From positions 7,130,001 to 7,194,000 of the forward strand of contig CP075492.1 of assembly GCA_021613535.1 (NCBI GenBank): 64,000 nt of DNA, read 5' to 3'. This document shows, one piece after another, positions 48,701 to 62,200 of the stretch. The notes beneath the pieces were generated by a model that saw only the letters and a list, made by a program, of their open reading frames with translations, had not been told where the DNA came from and did no database searches. Each line of letters starts with the position of its first letter. Within the stretch, counting starts at the first letter, position 1. The position numbers were made by a program, and so were the translations under genes. The DNA is from Adineta vaga. Lineage: Eukaryota; Animalia; Rotifera.

Positions 48701-51700
48701 ATGGTTCCATATCTAATTCTCTTGGAAATTCAAAGTAATCATTAAATTTAATAGGTGTTTCACGTTCCCAATCATAATCAAATCGTTTCAGTTGAATAGC
48801 CAAGACAGGTGGTAAACGTTTAAAACAGGTTCGTTTTACTGTATTAACCTATAATCAAAACAGTTAAATACAGTGTACATACGAAAGGTTTCTACCTTTT
48901 TATCACATTTTTCACAATGATATGCATTTGGTCCATCTAATAATTCTCCGATAACATATTGTTCGAGTGATTCTTTTAAATTTTGACTATGACGAATATC
49001 TACACTTAACAATGTAAAATCTTCATCACGTGTATAACTAAAAATCAAGCACGAGATAAAATACGAAGAACAGATAGATATAAATCATTACCGATGTGGA
49101 CAATCTTTACAGATCTTTTGATCAGCAAATGTACCGCCTAAAACTCTTGAACATATTTGTGGAACTTTTAATATTTTCAATGCTTCATCAATATTATCCA
49201 CAAGAGTATTTAAAAATTCAACAGCATCTTGTTGATCACGTACATTCACAGGTTCACCTGCAAATCTATTTTGATAAAGAAAAACAAATAATAATATTCA
49301 TAAAAATTCTTTGTCTTTACTTAAATATTTTCCAGAATCCTCGAGGAATATAAAATTGTAATTTCGAATCTAAACAATGTCCAAATATTCTTTGAATTTG
49401 ACGAAAAATTTGAATATGATAATCATTTCGATCATTGGGTGAATCTTTCACAGGTGAAACAGTTGTTGATTTATCTTTTGAAAGTGATTTCATATCAGTA
49501 GATGTATCCGACTGAAAGAAAATAAACATATCGTTCATTTTCTTTTCAAAAGAAAAACAAATTTACATACAGCATCACGGCGTACATCATCGTCATCAAA
49601 TTCATCTTCACCGTATTCCAATGGAATCTTGACGGATAATAATGCAGTTCGAATTGATCGAATCATAAATAATTGTTGAAGAACAGAATTCATATAACAA
49701 GTTGCACATGCATTTCTTAAACCAACAAAACCTCGAGGAGAACGTGAACCAATAGGTAATGTAAAATCCCATTCGGTGAGAGCTGCATCAGGCGCTAAAA
49801 GAATCGCACAAAACAGTATTTCAATATCAATTAAAACTATTTTTTTGTCTTTTCTTTTACCTGAATAGAAAAGATCTGTAAGATATTTATCAATTAATTT
49901 TAAATTATCAATACAATCAGTTCCTAAGATAACTAATAAATCAAAAGCCGCTAATATTGTCATTGGTGATTGACAAATCGGCATGGATGGTTCTTGAAGT
50001 TCACTATCATCAGTTTCAATTGTTGGATTTGAAAGACGTTTTTGTTTCAATGAACGAACTTGGCAAAGTAATGTCGATGCCGGAAAAAGGAATTGTTCCA
50101 TTAATTGTTGTATTAATGCTTGATCAATACCATAGAAACGTTTACATTCACTACTTTGAAATTGTAATAATTCTTTAGCTAGATTTAAATGACCACGAAG
50201 TAAATGTTCATCAACAGGTAATTGAAGAGTTTTTAACCAAGTCATTTCATCATTTAATTGTTGATTGATATTTGATGGTATGATATGATTGATATATGCA
50301 AAGGATAATAAACGACATAATAAATGAAAGAAATCTAATGAATAGGATGAATACGTTTTCAAATGATGAGGATGTTTATTAAATAATTGAAATTGTTTAT
50401 CAATCAGATATTTTAGTAGATCTTCATGTTGACCTTGAGCACAATGAGTTGTAAGAAGAATGATTTGATCCGATGCTGTATGACGTATGGATGAATCATG
50501 ACAATAAAGAACGAGATCAATAAGAAAATATTCAAAGAAATTTTCTTTAATTAAACGTCCAACACATGATGGAACTAAAGCAACGGATATACAAAATAAT
50601 TCTAAACCTTCACGACATGCCGATCGATTTTCTTCATCTTCCTCTAAGTATTCATTAAAATCCATTTGTTCATTTGGATCAAACTAAATATAGCCAAAAA
50701 TGTTAATTCTTTTTTCTTTTCTTTTCAATAAACTTACATTTTCTTGTTTGAATGAATTATGAATCTCAGTGAAATCACTTTTTAAACTTTTTTCAAAAGA
50801 ATTTTCTTTCGTATTCGATGCTAAACACCAAATAAGTCGAATTAATTCAATAATATCTTCATATTGTAAGAAAGATCGTTTTGGTATGGGATGTGTTGAT
50901 ACATGTTGAAGTAATAACATCACAATACGCTGTTCTATTGATGTCGATACATGTTGCGGATCACTGTTGACAGCTGTAACAGGCATTAAAGTAAGAATTT
51001 GTTCTAATGACATATGATAAACAGAAGAGTTGGATGTTTTTAATTGATAATAGCCAAGTATGATTAGAAAACGTTTGATAATGCATAATGTAAAGAAATA
51101 AATTTGTTTTGTTGTTATTGTATCACAATGATCAGTATATTGTTTTTGTGTCAAAATATTTAATAGACATACTAAACCTCCTGCATGAAGAAATAAGACA
51201 TGTACGACTTCGATTTCATTGCTTTCAGTTGGAGCAAATGAAGCTGGTGAAAGTCGAACTAAAGTTGTTTTTAAATTATATAACATTTGTGTTGGTGATG
51301 TTTGGAAATAGAATTGATTAATACGATTGGTATTTTCTTCTGGATTTGTTTTTGTATTATGAAAACAATTGGTAAACGTTTGTTTCGCATGTGGATCAAC
51401 AGGAACTAGATCGAGAATATGACGGGATGTATCACGAAGGCGAGTATTATTTTCTTTACAACCCAAATCAGATATTTCAATTAGAAATTGATAATATTCA
51501 TGTATTTGAGAAAATATCTAAATACAAACAGAAGGAATTAATTTTAATTTTTTGAATTTGTAATCAATTTCTCTTAAAAATACATCTTATTTTTAATGTA
51601 ATGTCATACTCGAACTAAGATCATTGTCAGAGGAAATCTAAGTAGTTAAAAATAAACAGACTTATTCTACGAACTTTTTCTTTATATAGACTAGAAAGTA

Positions 51701-54700
51701 AATAAACATAGTCTTGTCAGAAGTGTCTAGCTCAAAGTTAAATTGAATGAATATAATTTACTAACCACAGTTGGTAATGCACTTTCGGCATTAATATCAT
51801 TTCCATCTATTATTCGATTTTGATGAGATATCGATGATGAAATATTGTTGTTATTATTATTCATTTCGGATTCTGATGAACTACTTTCACCACTTGAACC
51901 ACCATGTGTTGGCTGTTGAACCCATCTTATTGATATTGTCTGAAATAAAAATATAAATACATTCTATTTTTCTTTGAAAATCTTTCACTTACAATTCGAT
52001 CTCGGCCATCGGTCTGTCCTAATGTTTTATTATCATCTGCAGAATAGATCATGTCATTATTTCGAAGTATTTCCAAAATTCCATAGATTGTTTTATATCT
52101 AAATAAAATTGATATACAAATTTCGAAAGAAACAATATAGAGTTTTTTTCTACCGATTCGAAATCATTCGTCGAATTTGTCCCCAAGTATCATTTGAATG
52201 GCATTGATAATCAAAATCTTCTCCTTGTCGATTTTGTCCCGAAAGAAAACGAATAAATACTGTTACTGGTCGACCACGAAATGCTCTAGAAGATTAAGAA
52301 TTTTCTTTATCAAATCTTTTCCTTGTCATGTTTCTTACCTTGCCATTGGCAGAACATTTCTTTCTTTATGATACGAATAATCACATTCAGCTAAATATTC
52401 TCTTAAAACAGTTAATAAACGAGTTAAAGCATTGATTTTTTCTGGAGTTGATTTGCTTTTTATTTGTTCGTAGACATTTTTCAAACGAGTAAAACATTCT
52501 TCGATAAATTTCTGATGAATACGTTTGATTTCTATTTTTAATTGTGGACTTATATTTGTATAGACTTCTTTGATCAATTGAATTCCACGAGCTGCGACTT
52601 CATCGGATCCATTTAAAATCAATTCCCAGAGATATTCAATACCGATAAGATCTTCATCACTTATAAGACGAACTGTACGACGTTTTTTATGAAATTTATT
52701 GCATTGAGCATTGACAGATTTAAAAAATCGATCAAAACAACTAAAAGATATTTCAAAATTTATTCTTCGCAGAAACTATGCGTCGTTCTTTTAAAAACAA
52801 TTTTCATACGACACTCATTGTATTTCTTCGCGATACTATCTAAACTCTTAAGAAGCATTTATTTTAATAATATATGCTTACGTCATTCCAAGATCAGTTA
52901 ATAGATGAGGTTCCAATTTCAAAAAATGATTTTGAAAAAATTCTTTCCCTGATTTGGATTCAAATCCAACGTCTTCAATAATCTAAATACGCGAAAAACA
53001 AACTCCATTACAAATCCATTCACATCTTGTGTTTTCTCTTACATCAGCAAACCAACGGAAACATTGTTCACGATCTTGAGGATAAACAGGATGTTCAGCA
53101 AGACATGTCCATATCATTCTCATATTTTCAGATCCTAAATGTCGACGGCCATCTTTCAAGATAAACCTACAGATCATAACAAGAAAGATTTGCATCGCTT
53201 TTTGAACTGCATGAAATTTACTTGAGAAAAGTTAAACGTTCATGAATTTGCAAATTATGATTAAAACGACCATCGGGAAAATATTCTTCTGCTGGTAAAA
53301 TCTTTTTGGTTTCTAAAAAAAACCATTCATTCAAATGAATTATATTTTCAATAAATCGAAAAAGTTCTTCTCTGACCATCTCGCTGTTGTCGAATATTAT
53401 TCATATAATGACAGAGATTTTCTGTAACAACAGCACTTAATTGATGTTTTTGTTCTAATACATCGATGATCGCAAGTCGATTCGATGGAACTCCCATACG
53501 AGAAATGTTCTGCATGTACATACTCTAGATATTGCAAGGAAAAACCATTTGAGAACGATGATGATATGGATAGAATGACTTACCTCATGAAATTGTGAAC
53601 AGATTTCTCGAATTTGTTTAAGAGAAAAGAGAACATGTTGACCTTGTTTTACTTCATCCATGATTCGATCAATCCAAGATAGTTTCGTTTTATCTTTATC
53701 CTATAAAATATCAATTCAAATTCAATATACTAAAGATTTATTTCATTTCTTACCAATAAACAACTGTAATCAAGAATTTTCAAATGTGCTGCTAAAGCTT
53801 GCTCAATAATTTCCGTTGATAAATGTGCATCATAAGATATAGTCCATAATAACTCCAAAACCTATTGAAATCACTATAGACAAATAGTTCGAAATACTTT
53901 CCGTAATCATACTTTATTTGCCATTAGACCTTCTTTATCATCTTCTGCTAATCTTCGAATAAGTTCAAGTAATTTTTCACGTTGTTTTTTACTTGCTTTT
54001 GTCCAACTTTCCTATAACAAAAAACAAAGGACAATTGATTCAATATAAGAAGAAACAAAAGATTATATACTCGAAAACAATCAAATAATTGTTCTAATTG
54101 TTCTGGTGTAAAATCCCAAGCCAATTTTGCTAGAAGATCATGAACATTTTTTTCGATCGCTTCATGTTTACCACATGCTGCATTCCAAATTTTGGCTAAG
54201 TCATCTCGACTTAACGCTTGTTCTTTGATGATAAAACGAAGAAGTTTTTCTAATTTTTCGACATATTGAGGTTGATGAAGACAATCACGTAGAACAATAT
54301 CGAGAATTTGATTTTCTTGAAGCCATTGCTAAAGAAGAGAAAAAGGTCTGAGATGAAAAAAAAAGAGTGTGATAAAAACGATTTACAATGAATTTTTCTG
54401 ATGTTAAACTATCATTATCATCTGAACGATTGAATGTTGTACGATGAAAGGAACTGAGACTTGGAAGAAGTTTGTTCACTTCATTAAGTGCATTCATTTT
54501 ACCACTGAAAGAATTCGTTTGCAAAAGGCTAGAAATAAACAATCAGAAGAATATTTAAAAGTTACAAAGTAAATCTATTCTCTTCTGCTAGTTTCGAAAC
54601 AATTTTTTGTGTAACATAGTGAATTTGTTTTTCATACCGTAGAATTATTTTAAGTCGAAGTATATCAAGATTTCGACATGTTTTATCGTTTTGAGGCAAT

Positions 54701-56003
54701 CGCGATGCAAGATGACGTAGCCATTTGATGACTGCTGATAACGTATCATTTTTCGATTCACTTTTCGTTTCTACTTTAAGATCAATTTCAGTTAATTGAT
54801 CAAGGAATTGTGGAACAAATTCCTAAACAAAAAAAAAGACGATTGAATAAATGATTATTTTTAGGAATTAAATTGATTTTACAATAATAGGTTCAAAATA
54901 TTTTTTTATTGTTGCTTGTGTTAAATAATCATAACAAAGACCCCATGGTTTGAGTAATGCAACAACAAGAGGAACTGTCAATTTTGTTTCTGATGAAATA
55001 AAACGAGCAAGAAGTTTATCAAAACCACCTAGATCACCAAATTTGTTAATGAAATCAACTAACCAACCCTAGAACATAATTACAATTACAATGAAATCCC
55101 ATGAGAAACAATAAAAATAAAATACTCGTTGAACACCACGATATTCTGCTAAAGAAGCAAAAGGTTCGGTTGTATTTCGTAATTTATATAAACATATTCG
55201 ATTGTAATTTGCTTGATGATAACTAAAAGTAATGATATCCGCATAGAATTCGGAACGATCTATTTCGAACTAGATTATCTTACCGGCCTTGTGGATTCAT
55301 AACAAAACTGAGAATTTCTAATAGTGGAAAACAATCATCATCTAATTTAAATACACATAATCGAAGAAAAAACATAGTATTTTTATAAATAGCTTGCTAA
55401 ACAAAAATGAAAATAAATCTTTCATGTAAAATTTTCTTCAAATCAACATACGTATATATCAAATTTCCATGATTGAACAGCTTCATCACAGAATATTTTT
55501 GTAAAAGAAATAACAAGACTATCACGAATTAATCGTTGACATGCTTCACTTTTTGTATCAAGTTCTAAAAAAAAAAGATAAAATAAAATAAAAATAAAAG
55601 ATCATTGCGGTTATTTGAACATACTTTCTCGGGCAAGTCGAGCAGCAGCTCGTAAACATTTAATCAATTCTCCATCAGTTAAAACTGGTACAATCCATCG
55701 TACTCGATTAACTTGTTCTTCAAGTTTCACTAGGTCATCAACTGGAAATTTTGGTTCACCATTTTCATCGAAAACAACTAAATACAAACAAAATTGACAC
55801 TTTTAAAACGAGAATCTTTCTTATTTACCATTTTCATTATCATCTTCAAGTTCTTCGATTTCATTCTCGTTTTTAATTGATGTTTCATAATCCGGTGGTG
55901 GAGTTTGTTGTTGATCATTTGTATTACCCACTACATTTAATGACGTCATTGATTGGCTATTTCTCTTCGTAATCGGTTCGACTAAATCTTCTTTAGCCGT
56001 CAT
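45784..56003 (-). CDS. USP9X: Ubiquitin carboxyl-terminal hydrolase USP9X/faf-like
   Basis: Many exons. [23 protein letters not shown], Cys box [26 protein letters not shown]-like box, His box [31 protein letters not shown] and C-terminal [10 protein letters not shown]. Confidence 0.93.
47858..47886 (-). repeat. Coding CAA/CAG microsatellite (poly-Q, 10 Gln) in USP9X
   Basis: (CAA)6(CAG)3CAA on the minus strand, translated as [15 protein letters not shown]. Confidence 0.85.
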
Positions 56004-59000
56004 TGAAAAACTTTATAAAAACAATATACACGCACACACGAACACACAAAACAACTGAAGAATGTGTACACCAAATATAAGACTATCTAGAAAGAAAACA
56101 AAAAAATTGCAAAATTTAACCTGACATGTGTAACAAACATCATGAGTCATTTCATAAAGAAAAACAAAAAACAACCAAATATTCTCGACATGTCGAAATA
56201 TTTCGATACAAAAGTAAATAATAACATCATGGTTAAATAAGGCACATAAGACGATATTGCTTATTCACGATGAAATTATGTTTTTTCTTTCTCCTTTGAT
56301 TTCATAGATAATTAAATTGTATGAATGAAATGTCATTTTCTCTTCGTTTAATGTTTACAAAATCATATTATTTTCTTGGAAAAAAGTAAAATAAATAAAG
56401 TTTAATCAAATAAGAGATAAAACCTAGAAAAATACTCAAACCAGCCATTTAGACCAAACGGAAGTCTCACTCAGATGAATCATACTGTGTGAGAAGATAC
56501 AAAAAAGAAAGAAAGCAAGTTGTTTTTTATTCCAACCAGTAACTGGCGACATTAGTATTACTTATGTAGAAATAATCGAGATGGCGTTCGTATTTATTAA
56601 GAAATGTGAAACTAGTACGAATACTTATAATAAATCCAATATTATGATTTACTATTAATGACGGAAAACATCATTAACGTACACTAAAAAGGTAAGACTG
56701 ATATTGAAAATAAAGCTCGCTCGTACGATGCTTATTGAGTAGTGTAATATAAAACGAGAGTGAAACGTTACGCTTTTTATTCGAATCAACTATGTGATTT
56801 TAATTGACGTGGATTTGATTCAATCTGCATAGAAAATATTTGTCTATTTTAACAAATAATAAGTTTACTCTTCAATCGAGTACTTAAAATCTAATCATTA
56901 GTGTTCTAAACTTATCGATACATATGTGATCTATGTAGAAAATTATACTGATGATGTTTCTTTTATGTTTCATGATATGAATGATTGTTGTCGGTAAAAG
57001 ATAAAAAAAAACAACATTGAACTGATCTATTGAATGTACTGAAGTTTATTTAATAAGTTGTATCCTGCTGCGCTCAAGAATTCATTTGTCTTTCTCTCTC
57101 TCTCTCTCTTTAATGCAATTCACTCAAGGGATTGACCTCCTGTTATATTCATCATGCTGCTCTTTATGAATAGATCGTTTTCTCTCTTGGATGAGTCTAG
57201 TTACAACCTTTCGTGCTTTGTACTATATTCTAAGGTTGGAATTCCAGCTGAGACTTCGCATCTTGATCAGTGATGATATCTTCAGTCTAATTATACAATA
57301 TAGACTAATATCGCTTTCAATGTGTCGCTAGATGGCGTTAGTCAACATTAACTATTTTAAAATATCTTTAAGATTTTTTTCTTTGAAACTCAGATGTTTT
57401 CTTGATTTTGTTTGACTTCAAAATATTTCTATTCATTTCATTGATGATATTCATGAAAAGACTTCGTCATTGGATCATCGAACATGCTTATTGTGTTTGT
57501 TTAGTCATCCTTCTCTCTTCTCTCTCTTCTCTTGTATCTTCTTATCAATGCGTGGCTATTGATCGAAGACGAATAAAACGTTCTGGATTAATTAATATTT
57601 CATTTTTTCTAATTAAACAAAAACTTTCAATCCAACTTATCATCGGTAAATATAAATTTGACGAACTTTCTAACAAAGAACATTAGTTTGATAGAAACAA
57701 GTGATTTGAATAATAGTCTTTTTAATGAAAAGTTGAGTGTGACATATGATTGGTAATTTTTTTTCATAATTTCTCTTATGGACAACTGTACATTTCATTA
57801 GTTTATTTTGATTTTATATATGACCATTATTGATGAGTGACCGTAGCGCGATATCTTTTAACGTTTTCTTTCTCTATGCATTTTTTTCGATGATAAAGAT
57901 CATTTCTTTTCTTCTACGCTTCACGCAATTGCCTATCCCATTATGAGACAAGCAAAGAAATATATACATACACACACGCATCTTGTCCGACAACGTATAT
58001 GGGTACACATCTACACATATACATAGATATGCATTGTTCGTAGTCAAGCGTTTCGCTTTTATGAGCAATAATACAGATACTGTCCATAGTCTCATTTATT
58101 TCAAACGATCGATCAAGGATGATAATAGACGATCGATGATCATAAACATGATTGTTCGGGTTTATTTATTTATTTTTCTTCTAGTTTTCCATTAGTTTTC
58201 TTTTCAATTCGTTAAGCACGATTTAACTTTAATCTGCTCTTCATTTGTCAAGTCATTGATTGACCTTTTTTTTCTTCTCTTCTCGTTACTCTTTCGATGT
58301 CATTGTAGCGAAGATCATTATATGTCAATAGTTCTTCTCTGAACCTGTTGACGATTTAATTGAATGAAAATCAAGTTCTGTCTACTTAATCATATATGGA
58401 ACTATTCAATGTGATGTATTTATATTCTCTTGACTATGTTTTGCCTTGTCATTTGCTTCATAATTGTTGTCGTTCTTCGGTTTTTTCCTCTTCTTCTTTT
58501 TTTTTCGTCCTTCATCAATAGGGTGTTTTTCATATTAAAGCAACAAATGCTACTTCTTGTTCTTGTTCATCATCTACATACCAAGGGATTTTCTTCTACT
58601 TCTTCTTTCTCTGCTGTCTCTTTTTGACGTTCTCTTTGCATGTATAGACAGATGAATCTATTTATTTGGTTTTACCATTGATTGAGTCTAACATATCAGC
58701 AAAATAGAGAAAGTAGTCGAGGAAAAAGAAGTCTTAATTACATTTTTATTATGTATTAATATCATTATCAGTTAGCAGTAAGTTCGTTTTGATTAATGGT
58801 AGTTGTTTAACAAGCAAGAAAAAGCTCGGTTGAATATTAGAAGATACTTGTTAGATTAATTAGTAAAAAAGAGTTTTCATATCTGATCGTTCATGGCTAA
58901 TCAATCAATCAATTAATAAATAGAGTGTCATAATATATTTTTTTCTTTTCCTTTCGTCTTTTCAATACATTCTCGATTTCTAGTCTGTCATTTATCCTGA

Positions 59001-59260
59001 TAGAGTTTTGCAAGTGAAATCTAATTGTCCGATACTTAAGTATCATTAAGACAAATTAAGATGAAATGTTCAATGGTAATTTCAAGATCTACTTATCTCT
59101 TTTCATTTTTTTAAATATTTTAGATCGAATTATGATCTCTTTCGTCGATGATTCTACACCTTTCATTCAAATAATGTATGTCAATATTGATCTACTGTTA
59201 AGCTTTTAATAATATTTTCTCGTATTTATAGGTAGGAGAAACGAAAGAAATTCGTAGCAA

Positions 59261-62200
59261 ATGATGTATGCTGATATGATATGTGATGTAATGCCACCAA
59301 TACCGGAAGATGTGGGTGGACATGGTATTGATCATGATGATATGGAAACAGAGATTGGAGATGAAGCCGAAGCAAATATTGAACAGTTAATGGTTTCAAT
59401 GCTTGAAGAACGTGATAAGGTACGAAATGAAAAAAATTTTGTTTTATATCGAATATTTCTGATTTTGTCTCGTGTAGCTACAAGAAAAACTTCGTGATAG
59501 TGAAGAAAACTTACGAAATTCTCAACAAAAATTAACACAAATTGAAAAAGAACGTGACGGTTTACTCCATGAATTCTCTTCAAATTCTCCACAGGTTTGT
59601 TAAAATCGTTTCTATGCTTTCTATATATATACATATATACTACGGTAGTTATTGATCGACAGTAGCTATCTGTTTAAATCAATCAATGTGAACGACAGAC
59701 AACTGTCATTGATGTCTATTTAAAATCTTTGATTTTACATAAACAAGGCTATATACATCGTCTATACTGCTATCAAGTTTTTATCGGATGTACTCTGTTT
59801 TTGAAATACTTATTAATGATGACCATCATGATATAGTTTTCTATGAATAGAGGAAAACCTCGTTATTAATCACATTGTTCTCTATTGTTGACGAATGTCA
59901 TTGGGAATTGATATACCGAACGTCTGATGTAATTCAATATTGTCAATGATATATGATTCGGTTTTTTTTTCAAGATATGAAAATATTATTTCTACAAATC
60001 AATATTCTCGAGGAAAGAAAAATCGGGAAATTTTACTAATAAATAAACAATCGATCTATTGTTCTCGGAGAATGTATTGTGTCTGGAATCGTTTAATTTC
60101 TACGATTCTTTTTTTCTCTCTTGTTCGAATGTTTAAGATAATACGAAATTTAATCGTTGATTTGTTCATTTTTTTTCTTTTAAACCGGAGGTGTCATATC
60201 GACCTTCGATCGTACTTCTGAAGACATTTAGGAAACGAACCGTTTAATGCAAGGTCAAAAAGATGACAATGCACGATTATGGATGAGAACGTTCTTGCAT
60301 AAAATAATGTGTTACGGTGATGATTGAGCTACTTCAATAAACAATTCCATATGATAATAATTTTTACTTCTATTTACACTTTCTTCTCTTCTTTTTTTTT
60401 GAAGTGCAGTAAAGGCAATCGAGAAGTATAGAAGAGGAGAGAAATAATATAAATAGAGAGTAGAAAAAAAAGAGAACAACCAATTCGTCCGTTATTTCAT
60501 TCTTCCATCAATCAATTACATACATATTCACGTCTATATCTATCTGATTGCGAGAAATCTTTTCTTCTGACATACATATTTATAAAACCATGGTGAATCT
60601 CGAGTGTTACTCGAAATCACCTATCTTCCTGCATAATGATCGATTACGTTATCTTACTAAAATAAGTTCATCTACCAATCTTTATGCTCATTTAACGACT
60701 AATATTTCCAACAACAACTTGACCAATTCTTTGGATGATGATGGAAGTGATAATGATCTATCAGTTGATACTAATCCATTCACAATGACGAGTTCAGAAA
60801 GTAGTGATAGTGCTATTGTTTCGGATGAAATCGATGAACTAGATTCAAATAATTATCAATCGAATGATTTCTGGTCAGAACAATTGGATAACACCACGTT
60901 ATCATTGACATCGTTATCTGAATCATTTCAGTTTTTAAATCAATTCGAACAACAAAATATTTATGATAATTATACTGTTATTTCAAAATACAAACATCCA
61001 TTACCTCGAACGAGTCCGATTCCGAGTTATTTTTCTACAAATAAGGTTTTTATCTATTTCATCCTAACAACAACAAAAAGAAATCCTATTTCTTCTAATC
61101 AATACTAAACTTTCTTTTGTCTTCTTTTCTAGGATTATGTGACAGTTGTTCGTGAATTAGCACAATTACGTGAACAATTACATGAAAGAGAGGATGAAGT
61201 TACTGAACTGAAAGCCGAACGAAACAATACACGTGTAAAATAACATTCGTTATCTTTTCTATTTCGAATGAAAATCATCTTCACTCTCTTTCTAGTTACT
61301 CTTGGAACATTTGGAACAACTTGTTGCTCGTCATGAACGTTCGATTCGTACAACAGTTATGCGCAGACAAGCTCAAGGTGTTTCGTCCGAAGTTGAAGTG
61401 CTTAAAGCACTCAAATCTTTATTTGAACATCATAAAGCCTTAGATGAAAAAGTCGGTTACTATTTTTTTTTCAATATTATTTGATATTTATTTATCTTAT
61501 GTCGTTGTATTCATCATAGGTACGAGAACGATTAAAAATTGAAATCGAAAAAAATACACAACTTAAAGAAGAACTTGAACGAACAAAGAATGAAGTAAGA
61601 AGTGATGTTATCGATCATTAGTGAAAATATTCCACTTTTAACACTTGAAGTGTGATTATTTACTTAAATATTGAAATGATTTTCCTATTGAATTAGAATA
61701 TATTGATCGTCGATGATCTGTAGTAGTGTGGTTTTCTAATCAGAACTAGAATGTATATATAGACATCGATACGACAAGGTTTCTGTATGACATTTTTATT
61801 ATTTTATAACATGAAATAGTCTTTTGTCAAAGTCATTAAGTCAACATTGACCTTAAGAAAGTTTCGTTTGAAAACAGAAGTAATTCATTCTTACTTGATT
61901 GAAATGTTGTAGAGTTCTCATATTGTCGAAAGATTTTCTTTCAATAAACTAAAAACCGGTTCCTTCTGTTAGTTAATTTAGTAATGATTAAAAACTCCTA
62001 TACATATGCTTTCTTCATGTATGCCCACGCATATGCATTAGTTAACAGAACTATGAAGGAAAAGACATTAGCAAACTGCGATGTTTATCATATAGGTTTA
62101 TTTGTTTTCTTCCGCTAATCATCATCGACATTCATTATGAATAATCATATTCTTAATCTTATTGACATACAATGTACATCGATATATCGTTCTTTTAGCT

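Noticed and set aside
62042-62095. Possible micro-exon in a liprin intron
   Set aside because: It would introduce a stop in the expected phase and has a weak acceptor, with nothing else supporting it.
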